DNA from: Nitrosopumilus sp.
GTDB taxonomy: Archaea > Thermoproteota > Nitrososphaeria > Nitrososphaerales > Nitrosopumilaceae
DNA: 64,000 bases
Assembly: GCA_965218785.1 (NCBI GenBank)
Contig: OZ244650.1
Coordinates: 672,001-736,000, forward strand
Direction of reading: 5' to 3'
Position 1 is the stretch's first letter; every line of letters starts with the position of its first letter. Below the pieces are notes generated by a model that was given only the letters and a program-made list of their open reading frames with translations, was not told where the DNA came from and searched no databases. A program made the position numbers and the translations under genes. This document shows positions 1 to 8,998 of this stretch, piece by piece.

Positions 1-1
1 T

Positions 2-1444
2 GAAACCGTATCTACTGACTATGATATCTGCACACGGCTGTACTTTGAGGAACTAACACAGGAACGCCTTTTGGATATCACCGAATTTGAAAATCCCAAA
101 GGCGTCATTACCTGTGTCGGCGGTCAGACTGCAAACAGTCTGACTCCCGGTCTTGCACAACACGGTATCAACATTATGGGGACTAGCGCAGATGATGTTG
201 ACCGTGCAGAAGACCGTTCAAAGTTTAGTGCCGAACTTGACAAGCTGCATATTCAACAGCCGCGCTGGCAGGCATTTTCAAATCTTATCGAGGCAAAAAA
301 CTTTGCACAAAAAGTCGGGTTTCCCGTAATTGTCAGGCCCTCCTATGTTCTGTCCGGGGCCGCAATGAAAGTCGTGTGGTCTCAGGCCGAATTAAAGATG
401 TATGTAAAGGAAGCCACCGATGTCTCGCCTGATCACCCTGTTGTAATATCAAAATTCATGCTGGACTCGCTTGAAGTGGACGTTGATGGAATCAGTAATG
501 GAAAACAAGTTATCATTGGCGCCATAGTAGAACACATTGACAGTGCCGGGGTACATTCGGGCGATGCAATGATGTGCATTCCACCATGGCGTCTAAGTAA
601 TAAAACCATTGAGACGATAAACGATTATACAAAAAAGATTGCGCTGACTTTTAATGTCAAGGGCCCGTTCAACCTGCAATTTTTAATTCATGATGACCGC
701 GTCTATGTGATTGAACTAAACATTCGGGCATCACGTTCCATGCCGTTTGTATCAAAACTTGTCAGAATAAATCTGATTTCACTTGCATCCAAAGCTATTT
801 TGGACAAGCCATTACCCAAAATCCCTGAAAATAAATGGCAAAAGATCCACAATTATGGAATCAAGGTTCCACAGTTTTCTTTTATGCAGTTGGATGGTGC
901 TGATATTAGTCTGGGAGTTGAGATGCAGTCAACTGGCGAAGCTGCTTGCTTTGGAAACAGCTTTTATGATGCGCTATCCAAGGGACTGACATCTGTTGGT
1001 TACAACCTGCCAAATAAGGGAACTGCATTAGTGACTGTCGGCGGAGCAATAAACAAGGAAAAACTCGTTCCAACCATTGCCAAACTCAGATCCCTTGGCT
1101 TTAAAATTTTGGCAACTGAACATACTGCGGAATTCTTTGAAGAGAAAATCGGGCAGATAGAAATCGTCCACAAAATCTCAGAACCCGAACGAAAACCAAA
1201 CATATCTGATCTTCTTTATGAACGAAAGATTGACTTTATCATAAATATTCCTAGCACTTTATCCTTGGAAAAATATGTCGGAATGCTAGATGATGAATAC
1301 CAGATAAGAAGAAAATCCTTGGAGCTGGGAATTCCCGTACTGACTACCATTGAACTAGCAGACTCTTTTGTGAAAACCCTAGAGTGGTTAAAGGATAACC
1401 AAACCACCAGGGATCCAATTGAGCCTTATGATAAAATGGAATAG
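2..1444 (+). CDS. carB: Carbamoyl-phosphate synthase large subunit, C-terminal part (5' truncated by window edge)
   Basis: Open frame from window start (ETVSTDYD...); VRPSYVLSGAAM, GVHSGDA, ELNIRASRS and EMQSTGE motifs; C-terminal MGS domain. Confidence 0.97.
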   Translation, partial: ETVSTDYDICTRLYFEELTQERLLDITEFENPKGVITCVGGQTANSLTPGLAQHGINIMGTSADDVDRAEDRSKFSAELDKLHIQQPRWQAFSNLIEAKNFAQKVGFPVIVRPSYVLSGAAMKVVWSQAELKMYVKEATDVSPDHPVVISKFMLDSLEVDVDGISNGKQVIIGAIVEHIDSAGVHSGDAMMCIPPWRLSNKTIETINDYTKKIALTFNVKGPFNLQFLIHDDRVYVIELNIRASRSMPFVSKLVRINLISLASKAILDKPLPKIPENKWQKIHNYGIKVPQFSFMQLDGADISLGVEMQSTGEAACFGNSFYDALSKGLTSVGYNLPNKGTALVTVGGAINKEKLVPTIAKLRSLGFKILATEHTAEFFEEKIGQIEIVHKISEPERKPNISDLLYERKIDFIINIPSTLSLEKYVGMLDDEYQIRRKSLELGIPVLTTIELADSFVKTLEWLKDNQTTRDPIEPYDKME

Positions 1445-1651
1445 CTGAAAAACACAAACGTGATTTTGCTGATAATTAACGATCATATGAGATTGACAGG
1501 ATGTTTTTCATTGGTGTGTGTATGCCGGGCAAGGAACAACAAGCACACATCTGTTTGGATCTGATCTCTAGGCTAATTTCCTGTCATTATATAATGAAGC
1601 ATCCTTTACAATTAATGTTTATAAAGGGTGGGGGGCGGAGCAAAACATACA

Positions 1652-3643
1652 ATGTTACAATATACCCTTATCGCAATGGCAGCATGCCTTGTTGTGTTAT
1701 CTGCAGTAGTGGTACCTATGGCATATGCGCAGGTAGCGATAGATACTCGAATCATATACGGACCAGACGCTAATGATGATGATCCAAATACACCATATGG
1801 TCCTGATCAAAATGATAGATTCCTTGTATTCTCTGGTAGCGAACACACGAATATAGATGCGTTTGGAGGAATTAGACACAGTTCATATGATATACAATAT
1901 ATCACTGCAGAGATTCGTCTACAGAATGTGCATACCGGTTCTGTCAATTATGCGCAACGGGTCTCAATTGATACCGCACCTGGATTTACCCTTGATAAAT
2001 GGGCCATAAGAATAACTGGTCCTGACGATACGCACCGTTATTTATCCTGGAAGTGTGATGAACCACCTCCATTTAATGGAGATAGTATGAGTGCCTCGCC
2101 TCTAGGGGTTGGTTCTAGCGTTCCTGAGGTTTTCAAATTTCTCCCATACGCGAGAGTCATCACAGAGATACATGACAATGGTACTGAACGTGACCTCTGT
2201 ATTGCACCAGAGGGCTTGGAAATTAATCCACGTTATGAAAGATCTAGTACGGGTGGTACAAATGTAGGTGGTGTACCTATGTTTGATCCTGTACCCGCAT
2301 ATACTTCGCCAGACGGATGGGAAATAAAACAGGAATCTATAGACAACATCAACATAATGTATCCTGAAAACGGAACTAGCATAGTATTAACTGCACAAGC
2401 ATTTGGTGCTAGCGGTGCTGGTGCTACTCTTCGTCTTGGAGACGCATTAACAACCGAATTTGTTGGCACAGTCACATATCATGAAGATGGTGACCATACA
2501 GGAAACGCAGTTGCAGCCCTGTCTACAAGCTGTTCCGGGATACCAGAGTTTATAGGTACTGGTGAGGATAGGATGCCAATTGGCAACGAGTTTTGTGACA
2601 GACCTCACACGCGTGGACTAGGACCAATAGCTCCACGAAGTGGCGGTGGCGGCGGTGACAGCGGCAACATTGATCAGTCAAGACCACACTTTGGCAAGTC
2701 CCCACTGAAACAAAACCAGCTAGTCTCCTGTGGATTCAGCATGGACGGCACATGCCGTGATGTGATGGAGTACCACACGGAATACCAGAGACAGACGATA
2801 CAGGCAGGTACAGTACACGACTTTACACTAAAACCATACAGCAACTACCCATTACAGATGCTCCAGCTGGGATTCGGCGTAGAGGAGGTGGGAGCATCGA
2901 TAAACACTGCTGAGGCACTAATCGTAGTAGAATTATCCCAGGACTCTAAATCTGATACGGGATATGCAATAGAATCAGTAGATACGCAAAACAACCTAGA
3001 GAATGTAATTGATGTCGTGGATGAATCAAACATATCACTTAGTACAGAGTCCTGTATAGAGGGTATTGAAAAGGACTGTCTTGTGGTCCACATTAACGAT
3101 GTAATGTTCCGTGACGTGTTTTATTCAGAACCATTTGTAATTGAAGTAGTTGATACCAAGAGACTCTCCTCTACAAACTATCTTAATGAGGGACTGGCCA
3201 TAGTCGGAGAATCGCTAAATGCCCCGCCGGAATACACCTTCCATACCGGTAAAAAGATAGAGGGCAGTAATGTTCAGGTGCTGGATCTGGTAAGAACAGA
3301 CAAGGTAAAAGACATTTGGACTGACAACAACGGCAACACCTGGACCCAAAACGATCATGATACCTGGTTACAATTAACACGCACGCCATATGTGGAACCA
3401 AAAGATTCTACAATGTCTGTCATGACCCGAATCAACAACAACTTTGATGAGCTAGTACGATACGAGGCAGAGCGTGCAGTGCTGGTGTGGGATAGCAGCA
3501 GCATACAGAGCACGCCGGATCCGGCATTTTCCTACCAGTACAACGCCAGAATTGACAAGTTAAATGATCCCGAGATAATACAAAAGATGCAAAGCGAGGC
3601 CGCAAAGGCGCTGTATCTGCTAGAAAAGGATCAAACGCGTTAG
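1652..3643 (+). CDS. Secreted/surface hypothetical protein with two parts joined by a Gly linker
   Basis: Long ORF; hydrophobic signal after ATG 1652 (TATA-like TTTATAAA at 1618-1625); SGGGGGD linker near 2640. Confidence 0.75.
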   Translation: MLQYTLIAMAACLVVLSAVVVPMAYAQVAIDTRIIYGPDANDDDPNTPYGPDQNDRFLVFSGSEHTNIDAFGGIRHSSYDIQYITAEIRLQNVHTGSVNYAQRVSIDTAPGFTLDKWAIRITGPDDTHRYLSWKCDEPPPFNGDSMSASPLGVGSSVPEVFKFLPYARVITEIHDNGTERDLCIAPEGLEINPRYERSSTGGTNVGGVPMFDPVPAYTSPDGWEIKQESIDNINIMYPENGTSIVLTAQAFGASGAGATLRLGDALTTEFVGTVTYHEDGDHTGNAVAALSTSCSGIPEFIGTGEDRMPIGNEFCDRPHTRGLGPIAPRSGGGGGDSGNIDQSRPHFGKSPLKQNQLVSCGFSMDGTCRDVMEYHTEYQRQTIQAGTVHDFTLKPYSNYPLQMLQLGFGVEEVGASINTAEALIVVELSQDSKSDTGYAIESVDTQNNLENVIDVVDESNISLSTESCIEGIEKDCLVVHINDVMFRDVFYSEPFVIEVVDTKRLSSTNYLNEGLAIVGESLNAPPEYTFHTGKKIEGSNVQVLDLVRTDKVKDIWTDNNGNTWTQNDHDTWLQLTRTPYVEPKDSTMSVMTRINNNFDELVRYEAERAVLVWDSSSIQSTPDPAFSYQYNARIDKLNDPEIIQKMQSEAAKALYLLEKDQTR

Positions 3644-3851
3644 GCTATCTGATTCCCAGAAAAATTATTAGTCTGGTCTTTACCAACTGACTGATCGCAT
3701 ACGTGCATTAGTAGACTGTTTTCAGAATATGTTATACCAAAGTATGTATTTTCCTAGCATGCTAACTGACTGAGATGTACAAATAACCTGAAAATTAGAT
3801 GAAAGGATATGTGTATGTGAATTAGCCGACAATTTTTTGCACAAAATTTGA

Positions 3852-4604
3852 TTAAATCACCTGTTCTATTATTGACTCATTTCCAATAATGGAACCATCA
3901 AGCGTAACTATTCTTGCAGCAGATACTGATTTTATCCTGTCAATTATGGGGGAGATTGATTTTTTGTATTTTTTCCTTCGAGTCGCATAAAAATACCTGT
4001 TAAATGAGGGAATTATGATGATCTCCAACTCCCCTGATTTGTCTGGAAAAATTTTCTCCTTTTGGGTTTTTAATGATACCCACACTCTTTGCCCATTTAC
4101 TACAGAGTCTTCTTGAAAAAATACAGGATGTACATGGCCCATAATAATTTTATCTACATGTGAAAAGTTCCCTGAAGGCATTGTATGCCCGTGTGTTAAC
4201 AGCACATTTTCTTCAACCATTCCAGTTGAGCTAATCAAGGAAATATTTTCAGGAATCAGCCTCTGGATATTCCCATCATGATTTCCAGGAACTAAAATTA
4301 CGTCACATCTCTCCCTAATCTTTTCAAAAAACATTGGAACCTCGTCCCATTCATTTTTTGAGATGCTCTTTATGCTTGATTTTACATCCCCTAACAGAAT
4401 CACCGCGTCTGGATTTTCCACGTCAATAATTCCCAAAAGATCCTGAATTGTTTCCTGAATTGTAGAGTTTTTACCTATGAAAATCTCATTTGCACTCATA
4501 CTGCTTTCAAAGCCTATGTGGATGTCTGTAACGACTAGATACTTCCTTTTGCCCTCTAGAATCAGTGCCGGTTTTGAGGGAACCGGCCTTGTTTGCAACA
4601 TCAA
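3852..4604 (-). CDS. Calcineurin-like metallophosphoesterase
   Basis: DIHIG, LGD, GNHD, HGH and GHVHP motifs. Confidence 0.9.
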   Translation of the reverse strand: MMLQTRPVPSKPALILEGKRKYLVVTDIHIGFESSMSANEIFIGKNSTIQETIQDLLGIIDVENPDAVILLGDVKSSIKSISKNEWDEVPMFFEKIRERCDVILVPGNHDGNIQRLIPENISLISSTGMVEENVLLTHGHTMPSGNFSHVDKIIMGHVHPVFFQEDSVVNGQRVWVSLKTQKEKIFPDKSGELEIIIIPSFNRYFYATRRKKYKKSISPIIDRIKSVSAARIVTLDGSIIGNESIIEQVI

Positions 4605-4635
4605 AGTTATACCTCAGGTATGTGATTAAATCCTT

Positions 4636-4959
4636 GTGAATGTAAATTCGGAGAAAATAGAGTCGACTGTATCTGAAAAGCGTGTAAAATTACATGTTTT
4701 TGAGCCCAGTAAAAGAAGGATCTGGACGATTGTAGGAAAAGAAAAGGAATACTGGCTTGATCCTACGGGCAGTTATTGTTCCTGCCCTGCATTCTATTTT
4801 GGCAAATTAAACGGAAAAGATTCCTGCTATCATCTGGAATCTGCCAGGTTGGCTTGCAATGAAGAGAGTTTTGAAAAAATCAGTTTTGCTGATGTCGAAT
4901 TTTCAGATTTTATTTCCGGATTAATTTCAGATCTTCAATTCGAACGTGTTAATAACTAG
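4636..4959 (+). CDS. SWIM zinc-finger protein
   Basis: CSCPAF...CYH (CxCx_nCxH). Confidence 0.8.
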   Translation: MNVNSEKIESTVSEKRVKLHVFEPSKRRIWTIVGKEKEYWLDPTGSYCSCPAFYFGKLNGKDSCYHLESARLACNEESFEKISFADVEFSDFISGLISDLQFERVNN

Positions 4960-4976
4960 AAATTTCACTGAAAGTT

Positions 4977-5228
4977 ATGGATGAGGCACAGCGCAACTCT
5001 GCAATTGAAAAGATTGCAAATCAAATGATTCATGATGACCTGCCCGTAGATGAACAAGACGCCTCAAAATTAGAAAAATACAAAAACCGAATCAAAAATG
5101 ACTGTGATCTTGGTGATGAGGATGCAGCAAAACTAGTTTATGAAGCACTTCTTTACAGGAAATTAAAAAATTCTGATTCTGGAGATATATTAGAAAAAGG
5201 TAATGACTTTGGAGCTGGATTTAGCTGA
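4977..5228 (+). CDS. Hypothetical protein
   Basis: 83-aa ORF with normal composition, filling the gap between genes. Confidence 0.7.
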   Translation: MDEAQRNSAIEKIANQMIHDDLPVDEQDASKLEKYKNRIKNDCDLGDEDAAKLVYEALLYRKLKNSDSGDILEKGNDFGAGFS

Positions 5229-5233
5229 GGCTA

Positions 5234-5530
5234 CTATAGTGGGATGGTCTCAATATCGTCTTTTGAAACACCCTTCCAAAGACCGATCATTCCTTCTGGT
5301 TCTACCTCTTCGACCTTGGTGATTTGTTGAATCTTGATATGATCTGGGTTTGGAGGCATCCATAACATTGCCATGTAATCTCCGATACTCCCAACCTTGC
5401 TTGGCAGGGCCATGATGACCTTGTCTTTTACAAATCCTTTTCCGGTGAGTGCATTCATTGCCTTTTCATTTAGATCCATCCTTCCATGTAGGAATAGATA
5501 GACGTCTTTTCCTGTATCAATTTCTGTCAT
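5234..5530 (-). CDS. Hypothetical protein
   Basis: 98-aa ORF convergent with its neighbour. Confidence 0.7.
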   Translation of the reverse strand: MTEIDTGKDVYLFLHGRMDLNEKAMNALTGKGFVKDKVIMALPSKVGSIGDYMAMLWMPPNPDHIKIQQITKVEEVEPEGMIGLWKGVSKDDIETIPL

Positions 5531-5690
5531 GAATTACGTGGTTTTTTAAGCTAAATCAACCTTGCTGATGGGTCTTGTGAATAAAAAACGAAATTCAGCT
5601 GGTGCTTGATGCCATTGGCACGATATGTTTGGAACTCTGATCTGATTAATGCCAAAAAGGGTTAAATTAGAATGAACAAAAATTCTAACT

Positions 5691-5984
5691 ATGAAAATCT
5701 TTACCGTAGGAAGCAAGTCCTTTGTAACTAGTTTTCAACTGGCCGGAGTTCCAGGAATTATCTCTGGTACCCCACAAAACGCCCTGCAAGAAATTACAAA
5801 ATTGACAGATGATTCTGATGTGGGACTAATTCTTGTCAGTGATGATATTACCAAGGAAATCAACGATGAATTGACCGCACTACGATCTGAGAAATCCACT
5901 CTTGTTTTTGCATTGCCTGCAGCTGGAAGTGAAAAGACCGAAGTTGATTACAGGGTAATGCTCAAGAAGATTCTTGGTGTATGA
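5691..5984 (+). CDS. atpF: A/V-type ATP synthase subunit F (outside the atp operon)
   Basis: MKIFTVG...SFQLAGVPG, DVGLILVSD, C-terminal KKILGV. Confidence 0.88.
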   Translation: MKIFTVGSKSFVTSFQLAGVPGIISGTPQNALQEITKLTDDSDVGLILVSDDITKEINDELTALRSEKSTLVFALPAAGSEKTEVDYRVMLKKILGV

Positions 5985-6024
5985 TCTTTTAATCTACTTA
6001 TAATCAACATTCTGATGTTTTAGC

Positions 6025-7053
6025 ATGAAAACTGCATCTATTAAAGAACCCTCGATAATCTCTGTTGATGAAACAGAAAAACCCACCCTGAACTCTGGTG
6101 ATATTTTAGTTCAGATGCAAGCCTGTGGAATTTGTGGTTCTGATTTGGAAAAAGTATTTGGTCAGTATGGACGGCCGTCCATGCAGTTAGGCCATGAACC
6201 TGCCGGAATAATTTTGGATGTTGGATCTGATGTATCAGAATTCAAAAAGGGTGATCGGGTGTTTACCCATCATCATGTTCCTTGTTATGATTGCCACCTG
6301 TGTAATCATGACAATGAAACAATGTGTCCAAAATACTCTGAAACAAATCTCGTGCCATGTGGTCTATCCGAACAATACGTTGTACCTGCTTGGAATGTTT
6401 CCCACGGCGGTGTTCTCAAAATTTCTGATTCCCTAAGTTTTGAAGAGGCTGCCATGATTGAACCCCTTGCATGCTGTGTGAGGGCATGGAGAAAATATCC
6501 TTATCAAGAAGGCAATTCAATTGCAATTTTTGGCGTAGGTCCGACAGGAATGATGCATGTAATGCTGGCACATGCTAAAAAATTCTCCAAAATCATCTGT
6601 TTTGATGTCAATGATTTCAGGTTGGATTTTGCAAAAAAATTCAATGTTACTGAATCAATTAGTTTTATGGATGAAAACAGAAAACAAAAGATTCTGGATC
6701 ATACTGATAACAGGGGAGTAGACGTGGCAATTGTTGCAACTAGCAGTATGGGGGCTTTGGAGGATGCAATTGACATGGTAAGAAAAGGCGGTGCAGTTAT
6801 GATGTTTGGTGTTCCTTCAAAAGGTGCCAGATTGGATTTAGATATGAGTAAAATCTACTCCAAAGGAGTTACCCTTGTTACTAGCTATGCTGCTTCTGAT
6901 AAAGACACCAAAGAAGCACTAAAACTCATAGAGTCTTCCCAAATTAATGTTAAAGAACTAATCACCCATACATATCCTATTGCCGATTCCCAAAAAGCGT
7001 TTAATCATGCGCGCAGCGGTAATGACGCGATGAAAATAATCATCACAAAATAA
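6025..7053 (+). CDS. Zinc-dependent (MDR) alcohol dehydrogenase
   Basis: CGICGSD, GHE, CxxCxxC...C, GVGPTG. Confidence 0.92.
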   Translation: MKTASIKEPSIISVDETEKPTLNSGDILVQMQACGICGSDLEKVFGQYGRPSMQLGHEPAGIILDVGSDVSEFKKGDRVFTHHHVPCYDCHLCNHDNETMCPKYSETNLVPCGLSEQYVVPAWNVSHGGVLKISDSLSFEEAAMIEPLACCVRAWRKYPYQEGNSIAIFGVGPTGMMHVMLAHAKKFSKIICFDVNDFRLDFAKKFNVTESISFMDENRKQKILDHTDNRGVDVAIVATSSMGALEDAIDMVRKGGAVMMFGVPSKGARLDLDMSKIYSKGVTLVTSYAASDKDTKEALKLIESSQINVKELITHTYPIADSQKAFNHARSGNDAMKIIITK

Positions 7054-7090
7054 GAAAGGCTTAAGAAAGGTATTTCAAAATCGAAGAGAC

Positions 7091-8377
7091 ATGGATTGGG
7101 GATTAAAAAATCGACTGTCTGGCATTATTAAACCGCAAGATAATCGTGCGTTAATGCTGGCAGTTGATCACGGGTATTTCCTTGGACCTACTGAAAAATT
7201 AGAAAACCCAAAAAAAGTAATCGGACCTCTTTTGAAATATTGCGACTCTTTGATGCTTACAAGAGGCATCCAGAGGACGTCTGTTCCTGCAACCACCGAC
7301 ACTCCGATGGTATTAAGAGTCTCTGGCGGTTCTAGCATTATCGGTGAGGATTTATCCCAAGAAGAAATTACAGTTTCTATCCGGGATGCAATTAGACTTA
7401 ACGCTAGTGCACTTGCAATGTCTATCTTTGTTGGCTCAAAATATGAACACCAGACTATTGTAAATCTTGGAAAATTAGTGAATAAGGCAGAACAATACGG
7501 GATTCCTGTTTTAGCCGTCACTGCAGTTGGAAAGGACATGGGAAAGGATGCACGATATCTGTCACTGGCATGTAGAATTGCAGCAGAACAAGGCGCACAT
7601 ATTGTTAAAACATACTATTGTGATGATTTTAGAAAAGTTGTGGAATCATGTCCTGTCCCAATTATTGTTGCAGGTGGAAAGAAAATCCCTGAACGTAATG
7701 CGTTACAATTAACATATGATTCAATCAAAGGTGGTGCAGTCGGAGTTGACATGGGTAGAAACATCTGGCAGTCAGAACATCCGGTGGCAATGATCCGTGC
7801 AGTTAGGGGCATAGTTCATGAAAATCTAGATGTTGATCAGGCATTCAATCTTTACAAGCGTCTGTCTAGTAGTAACTCAAAGAACAAACCTCAAAACAAT
7901 TCACAAAACAAACCTCAAAACAATTCACAAAACAAACCTCAAAACAATTCACAAAACAAACCTCAAAACAATTCACAAAACAAACCTCAAAACAATTCAC
8001 AAAACAAACCTCAAAACAATTCACAAAACAAACCTCAAAACAATTCACAAAACAAACCTCAAAACAATTCACAAAACAAACCTCAAAACAATTCACAAAA
8101 CAAACCTCAAAACAATTCACAAAACAAACCTCAAAACAATTCACAAAACAAACCTCAAAACAATTCACAAAACAAACCTCAAAACAATTCACAAAACAAA
8201 CCTCAAAACAATTCACAAAACAAACCTCAAAACAATTCACAAAACAAACCACAAAACAATCAACAAAACAAACCACAAAACAATCAACAAAACAAACCAC
8301 AAAACAATCAACAAAACAAACCTCAAAACAAACCACAAAACAAACCACAAAACGATCCAAACAAACCGACTGAGTAG
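7091..8377 (+). CDS. lsrF: Class I aldolase, LsrF/FbaB-like, with expanded N/Q-rich C-terminal tail
   Basis: MDWGLKNRL N-terminus, AVDHGY, VKTYY, IVAGGKK and DMGRNIWQ motifs. Confidence 0.85.
   Translation: MDWGLKNRLSGIIKPQDNRALMLAVDHGYFLGPTEKLENPKKVIGPLLKYCDSLMLTRGIQRTSVPATTDTPMVLRVSGGSSIIGEDLSQEEITVSIRDAIRLNASALAMSIFVGSKYEHQTIVNLGKLVNKAEQYGIPVLAVTAVGKDMGKDARYLSLACRIAAEQGAHIVKTYYCDDFRKVVESCPVPIIVAGGKKIPERNALQLTYDSIKGGAVGVDMGRNIWQSEHPVAMIRAVRGIVHENLDVDQAFNLYKRLSSSNSKNKPQNNSQNKPQNNSQNKPQNNSQNKPQNNSQNKPQNNSQNKPQNNSQNKPQNNSQNKPQNNSQNKPQNNSQNKPQNNSQNKPQNNSQNKPQNNSQNKPQNNSQNKPQNNSQNKPQNNSQNKPQNNQQNKPQNNQQNKPQNNQQNKPQNKPQNKPQNDPNKPTE
7883..8350 (+). repeat. In-frame tandem repeat: 15 x 24 bp (NKPQNNSQ), 3 variant 24-mers (NKPQNNQQ) and 3 x 12 bp (NKPQ)
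   Basis: Unit AACAAACCTCAAAACAATTCACAA read directly from the sequence. Confidence 0.97.
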
Positions 8378-8379
8378 AA

Positions 8380-8784
8380 CTAGACTTTTATCTGTGATAG
8401 ATGAATATGCGCAATCTTCCATGTGGGTTGTTTTACCAAGACAAATGTCGCACGTCCATTAATCGTCATATGCTCTCCGGTGTATGCCTTGTTGTCTACT
8501 AGCATTCCTTTCTGAGTTAACCCAAATGCAACAACTGCGGCATTTCCAAATATGCTGATTTTAGGATTTTTTATTTCATAAGTATAATCTGAGATACTTA
8601 TAAATCGCAATTCTTCTAATTCTATCGTTGTTTGATAGTCTTTTAGATCATATGGCGGCAAATCACTAAAACTTGAAAATTTTGGATCGTTGAGATGTAT
8701 CTCTTTTAGTGCGGATAGATCCTTTGTTATTCCAGCTTGGAACAGCGTTTCAATAATTTTTATAATTTCTGCGCTGTCTGACAA
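8380..8784 (-). CDS. NTF2-like/SnoaL-like protein
   Basis: About 134 aa ending GRATFVLVKQPTWKIAHIHLS, typical of this fold. Confidence 0.8.
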   Translation of the reverse strand: MSDSAEIIKIIETLFQAGITKDLSALKEIHLNDPKFSSFSDLPPYDLKDYQTTIELEELRFISISDYTYEIKNPKISIFGNAAVVAFGLTQKGMLVDNKAYTGEHMTINGRATFVLVKQPTWKIAHIHLSQIKV

Positions 8785-8862
8785 CTATTCATCTCAAATA
8801 CAGAAATTGGTTTAAGTCTTCTGTATGATGATGCGTAAATCACGGTCATTTTTCTGAGAATC

Positions 8863-8870
8863 TTTATTAA
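8863..8870 (+). promoter_or_regulatory. TATA box of the ilv-leu operon leader
   Basis: TTTATTAA preceded by purine-rich GAGAA (BRE-like), about 28 nt upstream of TTG 8891. Confidence 0.55.
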
Positions 8871-8899
8871 TTGTCGACTTGCCACTACATTTGATTTCA

Positions 8900-8956
8900 A
8901 TGGACACAAAATTAACTCGAATTACTAGCAAAGGCTTGCTAGTTGTACTACTGTAG
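8900..8956 (+). CDS. Putative ilv-leu leader peptide (uORF) MDTKLTRITSKGLLVVLL
   Basis: ATG 8900 (in-frame TTG at 8891) to TAG 8954-8956; last six codons TTG CTA GTT GTA CTA CTG; overlapping hairpins. Confidence 0.55.
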   Translation: MDTKLTRITSKGLLVVLL

Positions 8957-8998
8957 TGTGTACAATTTTAACACATTAAAATTATGGAGATTGAATTG

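Noticed and set aside
5691-5984. Stand-alone atpF as a novelty
   Set aside because: As I recall, separation of subunit F from the atp cluster is usual in Nitrosopumilus
7883-8350. Possible CRISPR array
   Set aside because: Units are contiguous with no unique spacers, lie in frame within lsrF, and no cas genes are present
7830-8462. Alternative-frame ORFs (KTIHKTNL and VCFVNCFE repeats)
   Set aside because: Shadows of a stop-free tandem repeat
8825-8857. ATGATGA...CTGA as a C/D RNA
   Set aside because: Only about 33 nt, no rRNA complement found, and it overlaps the divergent promoter region
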